Source: an uncultured Caulobacteraceae bacterium
GTDB lineage: Bacteria; Pseudomonadota; Alphaproteobacteria; Caulobacterales; Caulobacteraceae
Length of the DNA stretch: 64,000 nt
NCBI GenBank assembly: GCA_903923135.1
Contig: CAIXWN010000091.1
Span: forward strand, 91-64,090
Direction of reading: 5' to 3'
The position numbers were made by a program, and so were the translations under genes. The notes below the pieces were generated by a model. The model was not told the DNA's origin and made no database searches. It worked only from the letters and a program-made list of their open reading frames with translations. Positions 39,784 through 52,100 of this stretch are shown piece after piece (position 1 is the first letter of the stretch; the number at the start of each line of letters is the position of its first letter).

Positions 39784-40109
39784 TTCGGCGGCCCCGCCGC
39801 CTGTCCCTCGCCGTCCCGCCGGTTGGGGGGTTCCCGCTGAAATTCGCCTGCCGAACAGGCAAGGCTGCTCGCCGGACGTGCGTTTCCGCACGCTGGGCCG
39901 ATGGAGCCTGAAATGTCTCCTGCGACCCTGTCACCGTGGACTGACATTTTCTAAACTCGTTGCGTCAAAATCTTTGGAATTCCGCGCCCTGTGGCTTCCA
40001 ATTTCGCTCGGACCGGCGTTAAATCCCCGCTAATTGTAACGAACGCCGCCAGGGTGGGCCGGCGTTCTCGCGCGACAATGCGTGGACGATCAACGAGGGA
40101 CCGCCAAAA

Positions 40110-43100
40110 ATGTCTTCTATCGCTGCCAAACCGACTCACCGTCGTGCGTCTCTGCTCGGCACGTCCGCCCACTTTGCCGCGAGCCTGCTGGCCGGCGCGG
40201 GCGCTTTGGCCGTCGGTTCCTTCTCGCCCAGTGTCGTGCTCGGCGCGCCCACCAACTGCGGCGCGACCCACGGGCTGATCGCCTGCCCGGCGGGAACCTA
40301 CACCTCGGGCATTCTGATCACCGGCGCCAGCGCGCCCACCAGCTTCCAGCTGCAGAACGACACCATCACCAACACCGCCGCGGGGGCGGGCGCGAACGGC
40401 GTCACCCTGTTCGACAACGGCTCGGGCCAGAATCTGACCGTCCAGTTCTTCGACCTGTCCAACCTTGGCGTGCCGCTCCCGCCGACGACGGTCGACGGCA
40501 CCGGCAAGCCCCTGGGCAACGGCATCTCCGTCCACTCGACTGGCGGTGATGTGGCGGTCAACACCTTCGACCTGAACTCCTTCTACGTCCCGGCTGACGT
40601 CCATAACACCATCACCGGCGCCAACGGCATCCGGTCGGCCACGGTCGGTACGGGCACGAACACCGTCACCATCGGCGCCGACACGATCACCTCGACCGGC
40701 GCCAACGTCTCCTATGCGGCGGTGCAGACCCTGGCCGGCGACGGCGCGACAACCGTCACGATCGCCAAGGGCGGGGTGCTCAACAGTTCCGGTGGATCCT
40801 ATGACATCCTTTCCCGGTCCACGACCGGCTCGATCACCATCAACAACGACGGCGCCTCCACCCATGGGGGTATTTCGGCCGGCACCGGCGGCGCGGGCGA
40901 TGTGAACGTCACGATCGGTGTCGATGGCACGGCCGTCTCCGCGCTTACCGGCGGCGGCGGTGTCGCTGACGCGGCGATCGGCACGTCTGCGGTGGACGGC
41001 GTGACCACGGTGGATATCAGCGGCGCGGTCACGGCCACGGGCGACGGCTATGGCGTATCGTCCGCCAGTACGACGGGCGACATCGGCATCACCACTCATA
41101 CGGGCGGCGTCATTCAGTCGAAGTCGAACGGCATTGACGCCTCGACGGCCAGCGGCGCGATTACTGTCCTCACCGGCGATACGGTGGGAACCAGCGGTGC
41201 GGCGGTTGGCGGCGACGGTATCCATGCCGCCGTGACCAGCGGCGCGGCGACCAGCGACGTCAATGTGACGGTCGGCGCCAATCTCTACGCCACCGGCGCG
41301 GGCGTGAACGCCTCCAACGCCGGCGGCGGCGCCAGCACGGTCAGCATCAGCGACGGCGTGGCCGTTGCGGCCGGCACGGTGGGCGTTTCGTCCTCGACCG
41401 CGGGCGCCGGTACGGCCAGCATCACCACGGGCTCCGGCGTCTCCATCGATCCGGACAATATCGGCCTGCAGGCGTCTTCCGCGGGCCAGGCTATCGTCAC
41501 CACCGGCGCCAACAACACCATCACCATCGACGACAACATCGACGGCGTGGTGGACAGCACCAACACCGGCATCCAGTCCTACAGCACCGCCGCCTCGGGC
41601 GCGCAGTCCGCCCAGGTGGTGGTCGGGGCCAACAACACCATTTCGATCAGCAACACGGCCGGCCATGACGTGGACGGCGCCTTCGGCATCGACGCACGGA
41701 ACAGCGGAGCCGGAACGGGCGGGGTCGATATCGGCGTCGCCGACGGTCTGAATCTCACCATCACCCAGGGTGACAATACCGTTGGCATCCTTGGCGCCGA
41801 TTTCAGCAACGGCGATGTGAACATCCACACCGGCACAGGGTCGATCACCATCACCGGGGGCAACGGGGTGGACGTCGCCGGCAACGTCAGTCCCACAGTC
41901 GGCATCTTCGGTGATGGCCTCGGCGGCGGCGGGGTGACCATCGACACGGCGCTCGACATCAATGTGTCGAACGGCGGCAGCCTCGGCACTGTCGGAATCC
42001 GCGCCCAGGCCGCGGGCGATGTCAATGTCACGTCCGGCGGAACGGTCGTGTCGGCTCATGGCGTCGGTCTCTATGCATTCAGCGCGGTCGGCGTGGTGAA
42101 CGTCACCAACACCGGCTCGGTGACGGCCAATGCGGGCACCGGCGGGGATGGCATCATCGCGTCCTCCGGAACCGGCGATGTCCATGTGAACGGAAGCGGC
42201 TCGATCACCGTCGCCACCGGCGCCGGCGCGGGCATCAGTGCGACCTCGGGTTCGGGGAACATCTTCGTCGGTGACTCGGGCGGCGGCTATTCGGGCGCCA
42301 TCGATCCGCAGAACGGCGGCATCGGCATAGACGCCTCGTCTGCGGGCAACGTCAGCGTCGTCACGGCGGCCGGCGGCACGATCAGCAGCGGCGCGTCCAC
42401 CGGTATCAAGGCCGCCTCGACGGGCGGCGATGTGACCGTCACCCAGGGCGGTGCGATCGGCGTCGGCGGCGGCCAGGTCTCTGGCGTCGGCATCGTCGCC
42501 TCGATCAACAACGCCGGCGGCGCTGGCGTCGTCACGGTCAACGGCAACGCCAACATCGGCGCCGTCGGGGATGGCGTCGACGCCACCACCAATGGCCTGG
42601 GCGCCGTCAATGTGAACTACGGCGCGGCCGACGGCGCCGCCCTGACTCTCACGTCGGGCGCCATCGGCGTCAACGCCACCCAGACCAATGGCGCCAGCAC
42701 GGCTGATGTCACCGTCCAGGTCGGTAACGCCAGCGGTGCGACCCTGATCAGCGCGTCGACTGTCGGCGTCTCGGCCTCGAACGCCGGAACCGGCGCGGCC
42801 AGCATCACCACCGGCGACAATGTCACCATCGATCCGGACAACATCGGCCTGCAGGCCGCTTCAGCCGGCCACGCCATCGTCACCACCGGCGCCAACAACT
42901 CGATCACCATCGACGACAACATCGTCCCCGGCGTGGACAGCCTGAACACCGGCATCCAGTCCTACAGCACCGCCGCCTCGGGCGCGCAGTCCGCCCAGGT
43001 GGTGGTCGGCGCCAACAACACGATCCTCATCAGCAACACGGCCGGGCCGAATGTGGACGGCGCGATCGGCATCGACGCCCGGAATCTGTCCGGCGGGACG

Positions 43101-46100
43101 GGCGGGGTCGACATCGGCGTGGCCGACGGCCTCAGCCTCACCATCACCCAGGCCGACAATGCGGGCGGAATCGTCGGCCTCGCCGCCGGCGACGTGAACA
43201 TCCACACCGGGACGGGATCGATCACCATCACCGGTGGCAACGGCGTCGACGTCGCCGGCAATCTTTCCAATACGTTCGGCATTGTCGGCCAGTCGGTTGG
43301 CGGCGGTACGGTGACGATCAACACCGGCCTCGATATCAACGTCGCCAACGGCGGCGCCCTTCAGACGGCCGGCGTTGCGGCGTTCACCTCGGGCGACATC
43401 AATCTCACCTCCTCCGGCACGGTGGTGTCGGGTCAAGGGTCCGGCCTCCTCGCCTCCGGCGGCGCGGGCGTCGTCAATGTCGTCAACACAGGCGCGGTGA
43501 CCGGCAACGCCGGCGGCTACGGCGGCGATGGCATCAATGCGACCTCCACCACGGGCGAAGTCCACGTGAACGGATCCGGGTCCGTCACGGTCGCCTCCGG
43601 CGCCGGTAACGGCATCAACGCGACCTCGACCTCGGGCAATGTCCTCGTCGGTGATTCCGGCTTCGGCTATTCGGGCGCCATCGATCCGCAGGGCGGCGGC
43701 ATCGGCGTCAACGCCACCACCTCGGGCAATGTCAGCGTCGCCACCACCGCCGGCGGCACGATCAGTGGCGGCGCCTCCATCGGCATCAACGCGGTGACGA
43801 CGGGCGGCGCCAGCGATGTCATCGTCCTGCAGGACGGCGCCATCGGCGTCGGCGGCCAGGTCTCCGGCGTCGGCATCAATGCGGCGATCAACAACGCCGC
43901 CGGCGTCGGGACGGTCACCGTCACCGGCGACGCCAACATCAATGCCGCGGGCGACGGCATCGACGCCACGACCAACGGCAACGGCCCGGTCAACGTCAAT
44001 TACGGCACGGCCGGGGTCGGCACGGAGACGATCACCTCGGGCGCCATCGGCGTCAACGCCACCGAAACCAACCCGGCGGCCACCAGCAACGTCACCGTCA
44101 CCCTTGGCAACGCCGCCACGGGCACCGTCGTGCACGCCAGCAATATCGGCGTCGAAGGCGCCAACGCCGGCTCCGGCGCGGCGACCTATCTCTCGGGCGG
44201 CAATGTCACCATCGATCCCGACAACTACGCGGTCGAGATGCAGTCGGCGACGGGCCTGGCGTCCATCACGACGGGCGCGAACGACAGCTACACGGTCGAC
44301 GACAACATCGTCGCCGGTAACGACGCCAACAACATCGCCCTCTACGCCCATTCCGGCGCGGCCAGCGGCCTGAACACCGTCGTCACCCTGGCCGGGGCCA
44401 ACACCATCCTCGTCACCGACGGCGCGGACGGCAACGCCGAGGGCGGCACGGGCATCGCGGCGCTGAACACCGGCAACGGCACGGGCGGCGTCCTGGTCGA
44501 CACGACCGGCGACGCCGGCCTGAGCCTCACGGTCAATGGCGACAACGCCGTCGGCATCCACGCGGCGACCAACTACGGCGCCACGGGTTCGGGCAATGTC
44601 ACCGTCAACACGGGCGCCGGATCGATCACCATCAACGCCGGCGCCGCGCCCCAGGCGCCCACGGGCAATTACGGCGGCAGCGCCGGCATCCTGGCCACCA
44701 CCAACGGCGGCGACGTCACGGTGAGCAACGTCGCGGCGATCAGTGTCTCCAACGGGGGCGGCGGCCTGACGGTCGGCATCCTCGGCGTGACCAATGGCGC
44801 GGGCGACATCAGCATCGATCACGTCGGTACGGCGAACATCACCTCGAACAACGGCAACGGCATCGAGGCCGACGCCGTCAACGGCGAGATCTCGATCCGG
44901 CAACTCGGCGCCAGCACGATCACGACGACCAATGGCGACGGCATCCAGGCCAACATCACCGGAAACGCCGGGGCCGGTAACACCTCGATCGACATTTCGC
45001 AGAATGATGAAGACGCCCACATCAACTCCACGGGCGGCGACGGCATCCGGGCCAGCGTCGTCGGCGGGGGGAGTGGCAACATCTTCGTCGGCGGCGGGGC
45101 CAACGGCACCATCAACGGCTTCATCACCGCCTCGGGCGACGGCATCAGCGCCACGACCGACGGCCACGGCAACATTGTCGTCTCCACCAACACCCTGGTC
45201 ACCCAGTCCGGCGGCTTCGGCATCCTTGCGCAGAACACGGCGGGATCCGGCTTCGGCAATGTCACCGTGCTCGACAACGGCGACAGCACCACCACCACCG
45301 GCGCCGGCGCTGATGGCATCTTCGCCACCACCAACGGCGACGGCAATGTCCTGGTCCATGTGACGGGCGACCAGATCACCACCCAGGGCGCCCTGGCGGA
45401 CGGCGTTCGCGCCACCAACACCGGCGGCTCCAACGGCGACGTGACCGTGATCACCGATGGGGTGGCAGGCATCAACGCCACCGGCTATGGCATCTTCGCC
45501 ACCAGCAACTCCAACGACAACGTCTCGGTAACGACGGGGGCGAACACCACGATCGCCGCCGGTCTCGATGGCATCCGCGCCACGATCACCAGCGTCAACG
45601 GTCAGGACGTGCTGGTCACGCACGATGGCGCCATCACGGCGGCGGGCGGTGACGGCATCTTCGTCACCAGCGTCAGCAACGGCAATGTCGGCGTCCAGGC
45701 GGGCGCCACCAGCTCGATCGTCGCCACGGGCGAGGGCATCCACGCCTACGCCCTCGGCGGCACGGTCGTGAACTCCAGTGACGTGACCGTTGTCGGGGCC
45801 GGCTCGATCACCTCCGGCGGCGCCGGCATCGACGCGCAGATCACCCAGGCGGCCAACGCCGGCGTGGTCTCGGTCACCCAGACCGGGACGGTCACGGCCG
45901 GCGGCGACGGCATTCTCGCCACGACGGCGGGCCAGGGCGCGGTCAATGTCACCACCGGCGCCGGCGCCATCACCGGCGGCTTCGGCGGCGGCGTGGGCTC
46001 GGGCGACGGCATCAACGCCTCGACCCAGGGCGGCGCCCTGACGATCATCACCGGAACCGGCGCCATCACCGGCGATCCGGGCATCGTCGCCAACATCAAC

Positions 46101-49100
46101 GGCGGGGCGGGCACGCTCACGGTCACCACCAACGGATCGGTCACCGGCCTGTTCGGTGACGGCATCAACGCCACCATCACCGGCGGCGGTACGGGCGATC
46201 TGGTGATCAGCGACAAGGGTGTCGGCGCCATCACCGGCGCCGGCGCGACCAGTAACGGCATCACTGCCTCCACCGACGGCGGCGGCAACGCCAAGGTCAC
46301 CACTGTGGCCACGGTCGACGTGGCCGGCGGCGCCAGCGGTATCGTGCTCAGCTCCACGGGCGGCAGCGGCGACGTCACCGTCGACACGGCCGGCTCGGTC
46401 AGCGGCGCGGCCGGCGACGGCGTCAACGCCACCGCGATCAACGACGGCACGGTGCGCGTGATCGCCCGCGGGGCGGATTCCGGTTCGGCCAATGGCATCA
46501 CCACGTCCTCGGCGGACGGCACGAACACCGTCATCCTCACCGGCACGGGCTCGGCGACGAGCACGGGTGTCGGCGACGGCGTCCACGCCACCACCAGCGG
46601 CTTTGGCGACATCACGGTCACTACCCTGGCCGGCAGTTCGGCTTCGGGCAGCGGCGCGGGCGGCGACGGTATCTTCGCCAGCACAGGCACCTCCGTCGCC
46701 TCCATCAACGTCAGCCTCGGCGGCACGGCCACCACCAACACGCCGGCGTCCGGCTTCGGCATCAGCGCTGACGCCCTGGGCGGCAACGTCTCTGTTCAGG
46801 TCACCTCGAGCGGCAGCGTGCTCGATGGCGGGATCCGCGCCGCCACCAACAACTTCGGCAACGTCACCGTCCAGACCCTGGGTTCGGTCACCAACACCGC
46901 CGGCGACGGCATTGACGCCCTGGTGGAAAGCGGCGTCGACCAGGTGACGGCGAAGACGGTCACCGCCTCCGGCGACGGCATCCACGCCGTGTCCTCGGGC
47001 GCCGGCGGCATCGTCACCGTCACCGCCAAGGACGTGACCTCCACCACCTCGGGCAGCGGCGTCTTCGCCAGCACCACCGACGGCGGCGGCGGCCCGGTCC
47101 AGGTCAACACCTACGGAACGATCACCGGCTCGGCGACGGCGCACACCGCCGGTATCTACGCGGTGGCGCTGAACAACTCCCCCGTCACCATCACGGCCAG
47201 CGGACCGGTTTCCGGCGATGCGGGCGTGGCGGGCGTCAGCGGCGGCGGCAATGTCAACATCACCACCACCGGCACGGTGCAGGCCAGCGGGACCACGCCG
47301 AACAGCTCCTTCGGCGTTATCGGCGCGACCAGCGGGTCCGGCACGGTCACCATCAACTCCAGCGGCGACGTCACCGCGGCCTCTACTGACGGCGTGCTTG
47401 GCTTCTCCACCGGCAACGGGCTGATCCAGGTCACGTCCGGCAAGGTGACAAGCGGCGGCGGCGGCGTCATCGCCGACAGCACCGGCGGCGGCACGGTCCA
47501 GGTGACCACCAACGGGGCGGTCGTGGCCACCGGGGCGGCCCCGGACACCTGGGGTGTTCTTGCCCTCACCAACGGCGGCAGCGGCAGCGCCACGGTCACC
47601 ACCCACTCGACAGTCGAGGGCGCCTACGATGGCGCCGGCGCCATCGTTGTGTCGGGCGGGGGTAACGCGACCATCGACACCACAGGCGGGCTGGTCACCG
47701 CCCACGGCTCCTCCGGCGGCGGTCACAACGCCTGGGGCGTCCTCGGCCTGGCGCAGAGCGGCAACGTGCAGGTCACCACGGGGGCGGTCACGGCTGACGG
47801 CGCTCCCCTGGCAGCCGTCGGCGGCCTCAGCAGCACGGGCAACGTCGCCATCCAGACGAATGGCCAGGTGAGCTCCAACGGCATCGGCGTTCTGGGCAGC
47901 ACCAGCAGCGCCGGTTCCACCGGATCGATCCTGATCACCACCAACGCCGGTGTCGGCGCTGCCGGAGTTGGCATCGGGGCTTTCGCGGCGGGCGCCAGCA
48001 ACGTCACTGTCGACGCCAATGACACGGTCGTCGGCTTCACCGGCATCGCCACCTCCACCCACGGCTCCGGCGTCACCAATGTGACAGCGCTGGGAACGGT
48101 CACCGGATTCTCCGGCGACGGCGTCAACGCCACGACCACGGGTTCCGGCTCGATCACCGTTTCAACGGCCGAGGTCGACGCGGCCAATGTCGCCATCAAC
48201 ACCCATAGCGGTGGCGGCTCCAGCATCCAGGTCACGGCCAATGGCCCGCTGACCGGTCAGGTCGGGGTAAGTGCGGTCACCACGGGCGGCGCCAACGCCG
48301 GCTCGGTCACCGTGCACACCCTCTCGACGGTCACCGCCAGCAACGGCCTCGGTGTCAACGCCCAGGCCGGGACGGGCGGATCGACGGTCCGCACCGACGG
48401 CGCGGTCAGCGGCGTCGGCGGCATAAACGCCAGCTCGTCGGGTTCCGGCGCGACCTCGGTCACGGCCAACGGCTCGGTCGATGGAACCACCGGCGCGGGC
48501 GGAACGGGCATCAACGCCACCTCCGGCTCGGGCAATGTGACCGTTCTGGCCAACAGCACGACCAGCGGCACGACCGGCGTCAGCACGACCACGAGCGGAT
48601 CGGGTGTCACAGCCATCACCACACTTGGACTGGTCACCGGCACGACGGGCGATGGCGTCGACGCGACGAACTTCGGCGGCGCCGGAGCGATCGGCGTCAC
48701 CACGGGCGACGTCACCGGCGCGCTTGACGGCATCCTGGTCCAGGCCATCGGCGGCGGCGCGCCGATCACGGTGGCCGCCAACGGCGCGATCAATGCCGGC
48801 GGCGGAACCTCGGGCGGCATCGTCGTCAACAGCACCGGCGGCTCGGGCAATGTCCTGATCACCACCGGCAGCACGGTGACGGGCGGCACGGGCGTGGTCG
48901 CCAACGTCGGCGGCGCGGGCGGCGTCAACATCGACACCACAGGCGGCCTGGTCACCTCGACCTGGGCCGGCGGCGTCGGCGTCGGGGCCTCCACGGTCAA
49001 CGGCAAGATCAATGAAACCACCGGTGCGGTCACGGCGGCCAATGTGGGCGTCTACGCCCTCAGCAGCGGCGGCGGCGGCAACATCAACATCGAGACCACG

Positions 49101-52100
49101 GGTGCGGTGGACGCCGGCGGCGCCGGCATCGTCGCCGACAACCACACGGGCGCGGGCTCGATCATCGTTACCGCCGACAGCACGGTGACGTCGGCGAGTT
49201 CCATCGCGGTCGACGTCTCGGCCGGCACGGGTGGCGCCACGGTGACGACAGACGGCGCGGTCAGCGGCGTCGGCGGCATCTTCGCCACCTCAACAGGCGC
49301 GGGCGCGACCTCGGTCACCGCCAACAGCTCGGTCCTGGGGTCGGGCGCCGTCGGAATTCTCGCCACATCCGACACCGGCAATGTGACGGTTCTGGCGAAC
49401 AGCACGACGACGGGTACGACGGGCGTCGCCACCGCCACCGGCGGCTCGGGTGTCACGAACATCACCACGGTTGGTCTTGTGACCGGCTCGGCCGGTGACG
49501 GCGTCGACGCGACCAACGCCGGCGGAGCCGGTGCGATCAATATCACCACCGGCGCGGTTACGGGCGCCCTTGACGGCATCTTCGCCGACGCCGCCGGCGG
49601 CGGCGCGCCGATCACCATCGCCACGAGCGGCGACGTCAACGGCGGAGGGGCGTCGACGGGCGTTCTGGCCGCCAGCACGGGCGGCTCGGGTTCGGTGAAG
49701 ATCACCACGGGCGGCGCGGTCACGGCCGGCAGCGGCGTCGTGGCCACCGTCGGCGGCGCCGGCGGGGTCAATGCGGACACCACGGGCGGCCTGGTCACGG
49801 CCACCTCCGGAACGGGCGTCGGCGTTGGCGCGAGCACCGTCAACGGCGCGATCACCCTGACCACCGGCGCGGTTTCGGCCGTGAACGGCACGGCGAGGGG
49901 CGTCATCGCCCAGAGCACGGGCGGCGGCGGCAACATCGTCATCGAGACGACCGGCGCTGTGAACGCCGCGGGCGTCGGCATCGGCGCCGACAACCACACG
50001 GGCGCCGGATCGATCGTCGTCACCGCCGACAGCACCGTGACCTCCACGGGCGCCACGGCGATTGACGTAACGGCCGGCACGGGCGGGGCGACGGTCACCA
50101 CCGATGGCGCGGTCAGCGGCGTCGGCGGCATCTTCGCCACCTCGGCGGGCGCGGGCGCGACCTCGGTCACCGCCAACAGCTCCGTCGTCGGCTCGAGCGA
50201 CGTCGGTATTCTCGCCACCTCCGACACGGGCAACGTCACTGTCCTTGCCAACAGCACCACAACCGGTTCGACGGGTGTCTACACCTCAACGGGCGGAACC
50301 GGGGTGACCAGCATCACCACCCTGGGTCTCGTGACCGGTTCGTCGTTCGACGGCATTGACGCGCTCACCACGGGAACCGGCGGCATCACCATCGCCACCG
50401 GCGCGGTGACGGCGACCAACGACGGCGCCAACGGCATCTTCGCCCAGAACACCTCCGGCGGCGCCGGAGACATCCGCATCACCACCAACGGTCAGATCCA
50501 GGGCGACGTCTCCGGAATCACGGCCGATAACCACCTGGGCACGGGCGCGATCAACGTCCACACGCTCGGCGCGGTTTCGGCGCTCACCGGCGTCGGTGTC
50601 TCGGCCACGGCGGGCACGGGCGGGGCGACGGTTGTCACCGACGGTGTCGTTAACGGCGGTTCTGGCCCCGGCGGCGGCATCAACGCCACCGCGACGGGCG
50701 CCGGACCGGTCACGGTGGCGGCCAACGGCGCCGTCAACGGCGGCGCGGGTGTGGGCATCAACGCCGGCACGGCCTCGGGATCCATCCTGGTCACCACCGG
50801 CTCGACGGTCATCGGCAGCGAAGGCGTCGTCACGGCGGTGTCGACGGGTTCGGGCACGACCGGCGTCACCACCACGGCGGGCCTCGTCACTGGCGTCACC
50901 GGCGACGGCATCCACTCCACCACGGGCGGTTCCGGGGCGATCTCGATCACCACCGGCGCGGTCACGGCCACGGCGGCGGGCGCCAACGGCGTCTTCGCCC
51001 AGAGCACGACCGGCGCGGCCAATATCGGCATCACCACTGAAGGCGTGATCCAGGGCGCCGCGAGCGGCGTCAACGCCGACAACAGCGCCGGCGCCGGGTC
51101 GATCAATGTCCACTCGGTCTCGGCGGTCTCGGCCACGACGGGCGTGGGCATTACGGCCACGGCCGGCACGGGCGGCGTCATCGTCACCACCGACGGCACG
51201 GTCACCGGCGGTTCGGGCCCCGGCGGCGGCATCAACGCCACCGCGGCGGGCGCCGGATCGGTGCAGGTGGCGGCGAACGCCGCGGTCGACGGGGTCGCCG
51301 GAACCGGCATCCACGCCGCTTCGGGCACGGGGAACATCCAGGTCCTGGCCAACTCCACGGTTGCCGGCACCAACGGTGTGACCAGCAGCACCGGCGGCGC
51401 CGGAACCACCCTGATCACCACGGTGGGCCAGGTCACGGCGACAGCCGGCGACGGGGTCAACGCCTCGGGTGGCGCGGGTCAGATCACCATCACCACCAAC
51501 GGCGTCAACGCCAGCGTCAACGGCATCTTCGCCCACGGCGTCACCTCGCCGATCACCATCACCAACAACGGCGCGGTCAACGGCGCCACGGGTGACGGCA
51601 TCGGCGCGGTCACCGGCGGCGCGGGCGCCATCCAGGTCAATGTCCAGGGCCCGGTGAGCGGAGCGGTGGGTGTCTACACCGCCCAGACCGGCACAGGCGT
51701 GACCAACATCGTCGATGGCGTGGCGGCCAACACCATCACCGGCACGGTCGGCGACGGCGTTCAGTCGGTCAACGGCGCGGGAACGGGCACGGTCAACTTC
51801 GGAGCCGGGACGGGATCGCGCATCCAGGCGGCGGTGTTCGGGGCCACCAACGGCGTCGACATCTCCGGCGCGGGCCTGATGAACGTCTATGACGGCGCCA
51901 ATGTCACCGGCGCGGCGGGCTGGGGCATCACCGCCCAGAGCACCGCCTCCTCGGTGAACATCGACGTGGTCGGCGGCGTGGTGCAGGGCACCTCGGTGGC
52001 CGCCCTCAACGGCGGCGGCATCCTCGGCCTGACCAATGCGGCCGGACCGAACGCGGTGAACATCACCAGCACCGACACGGTCATCGGCATCGGTCAGCAG

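Noticed and set aside
40110-40260. A Tat (twin-arginine) signal suggested by T-H-R-R-A-S-L-L at the N-terminus of the giant protein.
   Set aside because: The match to (S/T)RRxFLK is loose. Autotransporter passengers must cross the inner membrane unfolded via Sec, and extended basic n-regions are common in autotransporter Sec signals. This needs a predictor and is not claimed.
42861-48062. A 1733-aa ORF antisense to the giant gene. Two similar antisense ORFs are 50286..53612 (1108 aa) and 39951..42185 (744 aa).
   Set aside because: All three are codon-aligned antisense frames of the 40110..56921 ORF. For example, 48060-40110 is a multiple of 3. In that frame, stops arise only from sense TTA, CTA or TCA codons. 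This GNC/ACC-dominated, high-GC gene avoids those codons for thousands of codons. The products are Arg/Gly/Asp/Ala low-complexity sequence with no recognisable motifs, so these are shadow ORFs.
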